NCBI GenBank assembly: GCA_040954595.2
Contig: CM082582.2
Span: forward strand, 6,370,303 to 6,434,302
Reading direction: 5' to 3'
Origin: Balanoglossus misakiensis
Taxonomy: Eukaryota; Animalia; Hemichordata
Length of the DNA: 64,000 nt
Shown: positions 41,201-60,800 of the stretch, piece after piece
Layout: each line of letters starts with the position of its first letter
Position numbering within the stretch: the stretch's first letter is position 1
Notes under the pieces: generated by a model
What the model saw: the letters and a program-made list of their open reading frames with translations, nothing else
What the model was told of the DNA's origin: nothing
Databases searched by the model: none
Position numbers and translations under genes: made by a program

Positions 41201-44200
41201 CTTATCTACCCTATGGTTTGGCAGAGGGTATTAAGTTATCGGGTAGGTCAATACAAGTGTGGTCAGTATTGGATTATTGTCTTCCCGGCGTTGGTCAGTT
41301 TCACGTTATATCTAGTGGTTTGACAGCAGGTTACAGCCCCATCTTTTTGTATTTTTTTGATACAGTGGTTTGAAATCAAATGCTGATACACTGGTACTGA
41401 AGAAAGTGTGACATTGGGAAAGTTTTGAAACTCTGGCAAAAAAAACTACAACTTCATTTAATAATCTGTGACTTGCAAGTGCAAGTCCTACATGGCTGCA
41501 TGCTGTCAATGAATGGGTGTCTGAATTAGATTGACCTAGTCTGTTGCCGAGGATTGAAATTATAATATATCAAAGGTAATTGGGCAATATGATGAAATTA
41601 ACATGTGTATGTTGTTTTTTTATGGACAGGTATCATGGCAATATTATTCTGTGGTATTGTAATGTCGCATTATACCCATTACAATCTATCACCGGTCACT
41701 CAGATCACTGTGCAGCAAACGTTTAGAACTGCAGCATTTATTGCAGGTAAGATTATCAGTGGTCATTTTCTAGATCTAGAATAAGACAGGATTTTTTGGT
41801 GACTGAGCTATATGGACCTTCTCATCCCTAGTCCTGTGAAAAGTAATACATGTACATAAATGTACATAGTGCGAAGAATATTTTTATGAAAGATTTGTAT
41901 ACGCATTCAGACGCCTCATTTTCATTTAGAAAATAATTGAAGACTTGGCAGTAGCTTGCCTTTATTTGCCCCTCGTACAGATACATTGTACAATGTACAT
42001 GTAATTTGGTAGCTAACAAATCATTTCCTTTCTTTGCAGAAACGTGTGTATTTGCATACCTTGGCCTTGCAATCTTTAGTTTCAAACACGAATTCAAAGC
42101 AGCCTTTATCATATGGAGTATAGTAAGTGTTGTACCATGCTTTATTTCTGCTTTTGATGTTTACCTCATGTAACAAGTTTCTGTTGTTTATCTAACCAGG
42201 ATAGTGTGAATTATGACTTGTTATTTGCAGACTAGTCTAGAATCTAGACTTATGTGTTTTAATTTTTCGCTATACTCCACACACAGTCTAGCCTTGTCAT
42301 CTAATGTGTGAAATGTTGCTATTTGCATATCAAACAACTCTAACCATGGCAACTCTTCTTCTATTGCAGGTGTTGATATTAGTGGGAAGAGGTTTCAATA
42401 TACTTCCGCTAGTATGTGTTGTGAATAAATTTAGGGAACATAAAATCACTAAAAAAATGCAGTTTATCATGTGGTTTAGTGGTAAGTATAATGAACTGTC
42501 CTCTCACATTAGCACGAAGTGACCACTTACATGTATTTAAAGGTATATGGCCACCGATGCAAATTTAGGCACAGTCACCATGGCCAACTGATATCCAGCC
42601 AATCACAGATTTTCAGTGGGTGGCACATGCAAAAGAAGAGTGCCACCGTATATTCTTTACAATCGCAAATATGCCATTTCAGCCATATATGGGCGTATGT
42701 AAATTAGAAATAGCAAGAATTGAAATGATTTACTGGAGTTCTTCGAAGAGCAAAGACAGTGTCTATTGAAACTCAGCGTCTAATAAACCCATTGAATATA
42801 TCTCCTTACAGGTTTACGAGGTGCGATTGCATTTGCCTTGAGTATGCACTTAGAGTTCTCCAACCCAGAAACGAGACGAGTGCTCGTCACCACCACTCTC
42901 ATCATAGTCTTATTTACAATCCTAATAATCGGAGGTTCAACTCTGCCACTACTTAAAGTAAGTCCATGTTGGCGATGCTCACATACATAATCAGATAAAA
43001 GACAACCACCAGACTTTTATTGATTTAGGTCAAGGTTGCCAGGAACAGGGCCAATAGAGGAGATTGCCAGATCATGTTTACAAAGCAATGTGAACCGCGC
43101 CCTCATGAAACTCATAAAAAAAACATTTCTGCACTTGTTTAATATTCACTTCAAATATGTTAAACGTTTTTTTTTATTTGACACATAAGGTGTAGATATA
43201 TTTTTTAAACAAATGCATCATTTTTATTTTTATGGTGAATTGTGTGTAGTTAATCATCGGTCGTCACGTTTCCACGTTGTTTTCATTTGTAGTTATTAAA
43301 AGCTGAAACCAAGCCTACGCAATTGTCACTAAGCAAGACAGAGGAGATGGTAAGCATTGTGCTATATCACTTGAATGTCACGGTCATGGGTATTATATGT
43401 ATGTAAATGCCAAGAGTACTACATATATATATGTATGTAAATAACTTATGCTTCCAGAATTAGCATGTCTTGGTATATATTAAAGGTTACATACATGTAC
43501 ATGTACATGATTTTGTGCTTTCTACATTTTTAATTGCGGGTTAAACTGTTTACCGGTATGTCCAGTTTACCACTACACACAGGCTTTATTTTGGGTCAAG
43601 TCCCCTCAGTATGTGTCTGTACAGCGAAATGTTTAAAAACTAAAATAGAAACAAAAACAGCAGAAGATTTGACAACTTGTCCATGTCTTCCACTTCACAG
43701 GGTGCAGCAGTGGATGCAGAACATCTCTCGGAACTCACAGAAGAGGAATATGAATTTAATTTCGTGAAACCACATCTCAAAGGGTTCATACGAATCGACA
43801 CTAAGTATTTCATTCCTTTCTTTACCCGAAGATTTACAAACGAGGTGAGGAAATGTTCTCTGTCATCAGTAAAATAAAGGCTTAGCTGTTAATCTCAAAG
43901 AAGTAATTTTTCCGTGAAATTTTCTTTAGTTTGCTAGAATTAGAAATGAGACAAATACGTGATATATCTACTGTTCATGTTGTTTCATAAAATTATGGAT
44001 GATAAAACTATAACGTAGTTTTAAAAGTTCCCTATTAAAATAGGGACAACTGGAATTCGAACACCCTGGTAAAATGGCCATGAAGATTGTATCCTTGTGT
44101 GTGTACTCGTGTGTATAAAGTAAAAAGAAATTTCATATGCTTTTTTTGTCTTCTATAGGAGCTGAGAGATGGTCGAATACAGATGAAACATTTGACAAAC

Positions 44201-44269
44201 CAGTGGTATTCTGATGTGAGGGGGCCAGCATCAGACACCGAAGAAGATGAAAAAGAAACTGAAATATGA
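35218..44269 (+). CDS. SLC9A8: Sodium/hydrogen exchanger 8 (NHE8), 15 coding exons, about 596 aa
   Basis: Exons: 35218-35336, 36455-36606, 37087-37226, 37587-37670, 38126-38227, 39977-40155, 40818-40956, 41137-41242, 41630-41746, 42040-42122, 42370-42481, 42812-42957, 43293-43349, 43701-43844, 44159-44269 (1791 nt, phase-consistent). Motifs [82 protein letters not shown], and the NHE8-type tail [14 protein letters not shown]...MKHLTNQWY. Confidence 0.96.
40957..41136 (+). other. U12-type (minor spliceosome) AT-AC intron in SLC9A8
   Basis: Donor ATATCCTTT at 40957, branch site TCCTTAAC at 41120-41127, acceptor CAC ending 41136; joins GLISAI|LLKHVDLRK in frame. Confidence 0.93.
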
Positions 44270-44984
44270 AAATATTATATTTAAATACGGGAAATGTAAA
44301 AATGATATTTTCTTTGTTGGCATAGGGTTGGGGGAGGGGTTGGGTTGGGATGAGAAAGTAATGATGGTGTTAGTGATTGAATTTGGTAAAATGAAAAATT
44401 CATGTAAATTTATGATGATAGTAATTTTCTTACCTGAGTAGGTGTCAAATCTTAATACATGCATCTCTTATCCATTTTAGTTTCTATTTACACACCTCAA
44501 ATTATCGATACTTCATAGTATAATTGGTGAGTTTTGGACTTTATATTATTATGCCATCATGACATTTGAAGATACTTGGATGTCTGTACTTGCTGAAGGA
44601 GTGTCACTTAATCTCTTGACGTCTCCAACTCTGTATCAAATAAATTATGACCTCAAAAATGTGTAATAGATCAGATTTATCCAATCTGATAATATTAGAC
44701 CTTACCGTGTATCATGGTGTAGCTAGCTTATCTCTAAGACTTGGAGTGGGAGTGGGGATGGTGACTATCGTCGTCTGTGGGGGAAAATAGCCACTTTTTA
44801 CTGGCTACTGAGTCTCACCTAAACACATGTTTAGCTAAAGGTAGATATGGTTTTTGGCTATCATCTCTTTGTGTTTGTGCTTTTCAAAAAAAAAAACAAT
44901 TTACACTTCATTTTCATATATTTACTAAAGGTGCTAATGGTCATATTATACAGCCCCATTTGGTGCCCTGCTTTTACCCATTAA

Positions 44985-45069
44985 CCCTTCCACCCCCAGT
45001 TCCCTCTTTAGAAGTCCAATTTTACCATAGAAAACAGTGCATTTGGGCCAAACCACAGTGGTGAAAGGG
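44985..45069 (+). mobile_element. About 85-bp piggyBac-type MITE-like repeat, copy 5 (best preserved)
   Basis: TTAA|CCCTTCCACC...GGTGAAAGGG|TTAA: intact TTAA on both sides (44981-84, 45070-73) with CCC..GGG termini. Confidence 0.75.
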
Positions 45070-47250
45070 TTAAAGAGACATTGTAATGGATCCATCTGGT
45101 AGTACTTTATGATACACTGAAGCAGATCAAAATATTCAATTCCAAGTTTCGACAAGAAAACCCTAACTATGGATAGTATACATGGGTTGATGTTTTGAAC
45201 TTGGGCTGCGCACACCCCTGGCAAAATAATGGGAGGACCCCTTCCCCTGATGTATTACCGGTACTTTTGTATTCTAACAACAGTTTAATTTTATTACAGT
45301 TATAGCAATTATTATTTGACACAAGGCACAATATTTACTGCTATTTATTTCATACTGTCCTACTTGCAAAAAAATTCAGGTATACAAGTTCTGGAAGATA
45401 TTCACCCCCTAGATGGTTACCCTAACCCTGTAACGAACACTAGCTCTGACTGGTAGATTAGAAATATCTGGGTGGTAAATATCTAGGGGGTAACTTCCCC
45501 AGTATAATTTGCTAGATATACAGACTCGGAGGGTGGCAATTTTCATTATCCTATTCTTGACTGAAAATTTAGTTTTCCCCTGAAAACATGATTGTGGGTC
45601 ACACTCACATCCACAATTCATCTTTCTGTGAAAGAGATGTACATTGACAAACAACTCAAAGACCGTCTCCAGCCGAGTGTTGGTTGGTTGTATCAAAGAA
45701 AACTATACGGAAGTCCCTTCAGATCTCTTACCTAAGTTAGGATTTTGGTTGATTTTCTAACTCTGAGAGTTTAGACAATTTGTAAATAATCATGTAAATT
45801 ATTGACGCTGTACATTTGAAAATTATTTTGGTGTAAACTGCTTTGGGTGCTTGTAAAGTCTCTTGAAATCCGACGCTGGCCCTGTACTCTAGAATTCGTT
45901 CACTTTTTTTTACTGTGTTGTCAGTGACTGGGAGCTCGTCTCGTATAGATATGTTGTCCATCAGCTGTCAACCACTGACTTATCAGAAACTACCGCTTGT
46001 ACATCTGGCAGAATCTGCAGTATTGTATTTTGGAGAAGTATTTGCTGTTTTTGTCAAAAATCCCAGTCCCTATGGGTCACCTTCGTCAGATTTGTTCAAA
46101 ATGTGGTGAAATCTGCAATTCTATATTCATGGGCACTTTTGAGCCGATTTAGGCTGGAAAAAATAGTTCAAAAATCTTTTCTCTCAGAATGCACATGTCC
46201 TAGTTTATGGAAACGTAATAGTTGGTCCATAAGGACCTACTATTAAAAGGTGTGCGTAGTCAGATTTGAAATCATGTCGAAATAGTCAATGTTGTATGGA
46301 AAGGGAGGGTATTATTTCCTGTGTTTGGTCAAAAATCAAAGAAGTCCATTGTTCTTCTTTCTGAGAAATTGATGTACAAGACTCATGACACGCCCCAAAT
46401 TGTAATGAAGTTCGTAAGTTTTAATGATTTATGGTAATTTTGGTTATTTCTGTCAAAGTAACAACAATTTTTCTGAACACCGTGGAATTTCATTTCCGAG
46501 TCCCTTGGGACCCGCTTATCTTCGTTCAAATCAAAATTATGTATTTCGAGATATTTTGTCTTTTTATAATAAATGGCCTTAAATACGAAGCTTGGTTCAT
46601 AGCGCCCTCACAGGACTGATGATGTAACAACAGTGCAATAGCCAGCATACAATGAGGTGTTCACATGGCAACCATGGTCCAAAGGACTATGGAAGAAATA
46701 CAAACCACTACAGCTAGAGAATGACAGGTTATGTGCATTTTGATGTCCGATGACGTCAATTAACAGTGATATAATAATTTCAAAACTTTATTGGCATAAA
46801 AAACACACTTCTACGGGTGTGGTACCCGTAGAGCAAATACGGATATTTCAGCCATGATTTGGCAGCACAGTTCATTTGAAGGTCAGACGAATGGTACATG
46901 TTTATCGTTGCGCACGCAGGCCATGCCACTGCATTGATACAGTATCTGGGCATGCCTATTTACTACAGGGTAAACAACCCTTCGTGCAATTAGCAGCAAT
47001 TAATTATGCACGTGAAAACACCTGTGCTTTGTCAGAGCAATCAACTGCTTAAGAGTATATGTTAATGAAGTTCCATTATCCTGCGATAAAACCACACACA
47101 GTTTCTTTCACTTTGAAGTTGGGTCACAGTTCAACCAGGGGTTAAGAACTGAGCTAATTTTAGACTTGGGTTTTTTTCTTTATATGGAATCGTACGAAAA
47201 CGTCATACATCTACACCACAAAAACACATTAGCGATTCACGTAACATTCA

Positions 47251-53849
<6,599 letters not shown>

Positions 53850-54878
53850 AAATAAACAGACCGGAGTTTCTTCATATTGTCACATGTAATATATATATCG
53901 ATGTGACTGTTTGGACAATCGGTTATTATTTTTGTAAAGAAAATGTGAAGAACCCCGCAAGACCTACAAGAAACTCTGAAAAAGATTGAAACTTATAATA
54001 TTTTAATGTGCAGAATATCGTACTTCAACACATAAAAATTAGATTTTAGTCACTCTGGGTCACAATAATGAACAATAAAACAAACAGAACTCTTAAAATC
54101 GTCACAATTGTTTTTTTTACGTTGGATAACTGATGAAAATCTACTCCCAACTATAGTAATTGAACGTGTGATTTAAGTGTGTTATTATGCAAGACAGGAC
54201 CCAGACCTAGCTTGAGCCTGGGTAACATAGACTAAGTGTACATGGAAACCGGCTAGTGCAACACATTTCTGTGACTTGTTGCTCTATTCTGATTGCAAAT
54301 GCCTCTTTTCAATAAATATGCAAGGAAATTTAGCGCACATTTTCAGATATGACTTCGGCCATAGTTTTCTTTTTTCATCGCGATTTTACGTTTTCCTAAT
54401 GTCTTTCAGGTGTTTTCGTTAACTTTCGTTCTGTATCGTACACTAAGTAGGCCTATACATATTCATGAGATAAGGTGATAAAGGTATGCACCTACATGCA
54501 CTGGGTCAAAGGTTTCCAATTGTGCACTTTTCTGACCAGTCGACACAAGTAATTTAGGTAATTTAACAAAACGTTTCTAGGTTGAAAATCATACAATATA
54601 CAAGTAGTTTCAATGAAAATATTCAGTACAAGAATCACACATATTGTACAACGAGATCTGGTACAAAACTGTACATGACCTTAGGTCAAGCGGTTCTAAG
54701 AATTCGTACTACAGTATAATAGTAAACAAGGCATCGACGTGGGTGTGTCATATCAGAACAAAAATCTCATTCCATTTATTTTTGGAGACACACCTGCAAC
54801 TCAATCGGGAACTCGATGTGGAAATGATTTTAACTGTATTATAGTGTATAACTGTTTCTTAGCGCGGACTTGTTCAAA

Positions 54879-57800
54879 ATGGCGGAGGCGGCTCCTTCGT
54901 TTGAACTGTCAGATATGTTTAACTGGGGTGAGTAAAATGGCTGACATATTGTGTATCATGGTCCATTGTCCTAATATTGTGTATAGGGTCTCTAGGTAGG
55001 TTCATGCATCCCGCAAAGTAGCACATGCATGGAACGACATTTTTAATTATTGTAGGCTTTGTGTAGGCCCTACTTCATAATGTCCCTTGTTGGTAGTCGA
55101 AATATTAAATTGCGCCATAGCAGTCATAAACAGCAATGTTACTACCATTTATCCAGTCTCAATCTTATCAAACTGTTTAAGCATAGTGTGAGCGGACATA
55201 AATTGGTCCAAATGTTTGGTGAAGGAAAAGTTAACATGCTTCTCATACGGTACTGGTGTCAAAGTATCTCGAAAGAGCATATTTGTTCAGGTTTCTGTTA
55301 ATTTCACAATCTGCCCACGCTGACAGATATAAGGAAACTGCCCCTGGGTGATGATATTGTGAGACTCTTGGGAAACTACCTCGACAGCGACGACCCAGCG
55401 ACAGGCTGGAGAGTGTTTGCCCTTTACCTCGGCATCGGTAAATACAACCAGGGGCGTCTTGCAGCTGTGAGCCAGGCAGAAAAGTCAAGTCCAACAGAAA
55501 ACGTATTGATCACGTACAGGACTATGGCTCCGTATCCGACGTGGGGAACCATATACAACGCACTGGAATGCATGAACCACGCTGATGCAATGGAGGCCTT
55601 CAGAAAGCACGCCGAGGAGCAACCGTATTACACCTCCACGCATTCCGACGACAGTCAGCACAAACAACCGAAGAATCTGCAGCGAAATTTGCGGGAAAAA
55701 TCCTTAAAAGTCGAGTGCACAGAGGACCTGGCAAAAGTGCTGACACCAAAGCACCCACTTGGTTATGACTGGAAATTCCTTGGTAGCAAAATCATAGATT
55801 GTTTGGATGACGACAAACTGCAACGACTGGAGCTGGGTAGACATGACCCAACATGTAAGCTGCTCCTGTTCTATCAGTGTGATTCCGACGCAACGTTGGG
55901 AAAGCTATACGAAACCCTTCTGAAAATGGAGCGACACGATGCCATACAAATCCTCTGGGATCATGGAGAGCTTAAGGAATCAGAAGCCGACGATGATGAT
56001 GATGACGAGGAAAGTTTACTGTAAGTTGTGGTTAACTTGTGTCGACTGTATCACATATTAGCCCTATTTAGCATCCGTGACCTCTCGTAATTCCATCTGT
56101 GTCTGCCTGTGTGTATGTCTGTCTATCTGTCTATACTCTCTCTCTCTCTCTCTCCAAACAATGTAACGAACATCACTTTTAAACGTTTCTATATGGCAGT
56201 TCAGTGATATTGAAGGACGGTGACGTGAAAGAGATTCTCCACGGAAGAGGTGAGCTTAAAAAGATGGCAAGAACATTCGACGAATTTATTATGTTTCTAG
56301 ACTGTCTCGCCAACTTTATCGGTAAATAACACTTATCGTTTTCTTTTTTAACCTATAGTCATAGTGCACCGCACTGGACAAAATGCTGAATATTCATCAG
56401 TGTACCAACATATACAAATTACGTACATTATATTGTTTTCAAAATCCAACCCACAACCAAACCACTCCATTTGGTACAATGTGCGAATCAGTGAACGTTG
56501 CAGAACTGTAGCCAGAACCAATGCCATTCGATTTGGACTGATTAGCCTAAAATTTGATACTCCTGAATTTACTATTGCATCCATACATGATAGTACTGAT
56601 ACTCTAGATAGGTGTAATGTCTTTAGTGGTTCTCAATGCGATGCATTGTGGCTGTTCAACTGCAGTAACACAGACGTAAGTACAAGGTTAAATTTGTCCT
56701 TAAACGTGTTAAACGTTTTGATTTATTGCATAGGAATGGATTTCGACCCTAGCGAGCTTGACGCCGACGCTGCTCCGACAACAATAAACATTACCGGTGG
56801 ATTTGTGCAGATGGGACTTGTAAATCAATTTAAGGAAATACTCCTGAAGAGTTCAAAAAGCCTGACTGACCCAGCTGCCATTGAAGTCCAAAGAGGTATT
56901 GAACACACTTCTACAGTCTGTAGCATTCTATAGCATTGCAACTGTAACCTTAGTCAAGTCATGTGTGCATGCTTGGTACAGTTTTGGTAGAGTATGCAAA
57001 TATTGGGATGATTGTTTGCTGCTCTGATACAAACACTCTGACATAAAAGCTTCAAAAAAAATTTCCGATTAACTTATTGAAGTTCTGCTGTCTGTGGTTG
57101 TTTTCTCAAGGGAAAAGTAGACCCAAGCCACGGAGGGCTAGGAAAGTAGAAGAAACAGTCTCTCGGGAGAAAGACCTACATGATCTTGTCGAGATGGGAT
57201 TTCCCAAAGAAAATGTGTTGAGATTAATGCGTAGATATCCGAAGGTGAGAAGTTCATTGTTGCTCCAGTCTTCCTCTTTCCGTCGTGTCTTCTTTTCGCC
57301 TAACTCTTTGCCTTTATTGTGAATGTCACCAGAGTCCAAAGTAACTGTGTTTTGTTTCTCTTCGTGAGTGGCATATTTTATTTACGTCACACGATTTCAG
57401 GAATTCTGAGAAGCCCGTTGTTGCATAACTACCAAAGTATATTCCTCGTCAGGCAAAATGTTATTTGCAACATTCACTATCACATGACCAAAGAACGATG
57501 TAAATCATTTCCATCGTAAATCAACATACATAAATCATCGTATAACATTGTTGGCAAACTCCCAAAAGCGCTTTTGAAAATATATAGAAAGCGGTGAGCT
57601 AATGAACTCTTTTGTAAGAGTATGAACAGCCCGGTCATAAAATCTCAGGGTTGCTATGTTTGTGAAAGTGTGACCCATTACTGATTAGCTTCATCTGTCG
57701 TTCAAACGAAACCCAGTGTGTTTACTGCATCATAGTTGCACTCTCCTGATATGTCATGCATCTCCCTTCCTCTCTTTCTATGTAGCTCAAAACAGACGAA

Positions 57801-60800
57801 TTGCTGAATCATTTGCTTGCCCAGAAACCGTCGCCCGAGGAAGAATCTCAACAAAGTGCACTGCAGAATCCCACAAAGGTAGATGTGTCCGATTACTCAC
57901 GAGGTCAAGGCGATGGGTGCGACCTAGAAACACTGACCGGTGGCGAGACGACCCGGACTTCTGAAAAAAGCGACAGCCATGATCGGGGAGCGCTCGAAAT
58001 GACGAAACCGGGTATTGTCAGTGAAGAGCTGGCCAGACCTCGAGTTTCCGAAGTTCCAGCGAGGGATGTCGATGCGGTCAAAGAGAAAGCAAGCCATCAC
58101 ATCACGGAGGATGGTGACCATGCGATGAAATCAGTGTTGAAACCCCAAACTGATGTGTTATTAGAGGATCAGAGAGATGGGGTGCCCATCAGTGGAAAGC
58201 ATGAAGTGGATACAAAACTGGGGACAGCAGGCTCTCCTGGCGAATGTTGTGATCCTGGTTTATCCAACCCTCCAAATCCAACGCCAAGTTCTTCACGCGC
58301 ATCCGTGGCAGACACAGAATCGCCTGAAGAGTTCACCTTTCCGAGAAGTGATTGCGATTTGCAAAGTGACAGTGCAGGTCCAGTCAAAGAGAAAAAAAAG
58401 TATACGTCCTGTGGCACGGATGCTGAAGGATGCCGAGAAAGCTCAGAAACAGAAGTCCGGGAAGCGGGACTAGACAAAATCACCAGTGCTGTGGGGGGCC
58501 TTCCAAGTGATGCTGAGGGGACCCTGCCAAGTGATGTTGAGGGGAACCTTCCAAGTGATCCTGACACTGGCGTATATTCGTTATCACGTGATCAAATTGC
58601 AGGAATCATGTCGGAAGGAAAAACCCTCATCTCAGACGAGGGTGCATTTGGACCAGTCTACAAAAGTAAGTCTTGAAACTGCATCCACTGCAGTGCTGTC
58701 GATGTGATGAACCTGATTTTTTTCGTAATAAGTTGCCACGGAGGAATGAATTGAACAAATGTGATGAAAAAACGTCATTTTGTCTGTCTGCAGGTACATT
58801 TCCGTACAGTGGTCCCTACAAGGATCAGGAGGTAGCCATAAAAGTATTGGACAAATCCGGAGACCATGGTGACATGGAATACAATAGGGTAAGACCTGTA
58901 TACGTGACTAAAATCCATACATGTTTGTTTTTATGGTTATTTTGTTGGCCTACAATTTGTAAATACTGTTGGAAGGCTTCTCGGGAGACGAATATGTACC
59001 CAATGTTTCTTTAAGGTACTGAGCGATTCGGAGAACGATTGTTATGACAGGTGATAGGCCTAGTCGTCCAAACCTGCCAATTCTTTGTCCTATGGTAAAG
59101 TGTATGAGTAGTCTCTATGAAATGAAAAGAGTAAACATAGTGTTCGCTGGCATGTTTTCATAAAATTCGCTACTTTATTTGTTCTCCATAGAGTAACACA
59201 GAAATTGGCGGCTATTTTGAATACTAATTTGAGACAATTTTGCTCTCATTCAAAGTTTTGAACCGTGACCCCTCTCGTTTTTATTGTCAAGTATAATAAT
59301 GTATGGTTTTATCGATCTTTTTTTATTTATTTATTTCCATTCATTTAATCTTACATGTATCATGTAGATATATCGTGTTTTGATAAAAAATAATAATATA
59401 TAAAAAGACATTCACCAGGTTACAGTTGTTAAACAAAATATTTACATCTCAGGGTTTTATCGATCATGGTTTAAGACTTTGGTAAAAGCTTGACCTATGG
59501 CAAAATGTCACGAACGGACTGCCAATTTTTAATGTACAGAAGCGAAAATAGATACATGATTTAGCTAATAAAATAAATGATTGCAGTAGTTGCCTTTATC
59601 ATCATCCTCTCTTATTTTCTCAATATCCTGGAATTACAGGAAAAGACTGTCGCTGCAGTAAAGCATCCAAACATCCTTCCTGTCTTTGCTGTATGTGAAG
59701 AAGATGGGTAAGTGACCGGATTAGTTCAAAGTTAACCCATGTAAACAGTTTCTCCATAAAGTCCTGCAGAACATTGTACTGAGGTTGTCGTTCATTCTCT
59801 CATAGCGTTTGATTGTTCAACGTTCTCTTTAAAATAATAATGAATCTGCATAAAACCTACTGGGAGGTTCAAAATGAATATGAGTGTGAGAAGGCATTAG
59901 AGAAACAAGTACATGTACATCCCTTCGAAGACTAGCTGTACAGCAATGAAACCGTGAGTTATTTTCTGTTGGACAGATGCATCGTTTATCCATACATGGC
60001 CAACAGAGATCTAGCGTATCAACTGAAAGCAAGAAATCCTCTATTTACATGGCGGAAAAGGCTTGTCACAGCAGTTGGAACTGGACGCGCGATATCATGT
60101 CTACATACACCCACGGAGTTGAGGTGATTTTTTATAAAATTCTTAATGTTGCAAACCCATTCAATTTAAAACTCAGTGCCCTGCTGTATGCCAATTTCAA
60201 AGTCTCCATAGAACAAATCTGTGTCCAAATTGTTCAACTTACTCGTCGTCAACAAGCAATGTTTAATCCTATGGTCTATATTTTTAGACGCTCAAGGATT
60301 TTTCACCGTGATATCAAGTCAGCGAACATTCTCCTCGACGAGACTTGGTGGCCATATTTGGGGGACACTGGATTGACGAGAGAAATACCGAAAGAGAAGT
60401 TCTACAAGTCCAGAACAGGTACATGAACTCAGTCCTCCGTATACAGAATGAGTATTTCATGGGTTTTATTGTGTCCAATACTTGTTTTTAAAACTAGAAA
60501 TTTGTCTTAAATTTTAAATCGTATTACGTGTTATTACACTCTGTTTTAAATTAATAACAACTGTTAATTGCACGACCCAATACTTTTTTCTTGTAGGTGC
60601 CTATGCCCACGTATGTGGTACATTGGGATATAGCGATCCAGCACTTGCTAGTAAGCCACCGGGATACTATGACGCAGCTGGCGACGTATTCAGCTATGGC
60701 AAAGGTGAGGGCAAATTCGACCTAACAGGCAAAGAAATATTCCATTTCAAATGTACATAGACCTGACATATGATTAGATTTTAACATGTTTCCCACAATC

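Noticed and set aside
56364-56733. N-terminal part of the 189-aa ORF 56364-56933
   Set aside because: Intronic read-through; the coding-like part starts at the acceptor before 56734.
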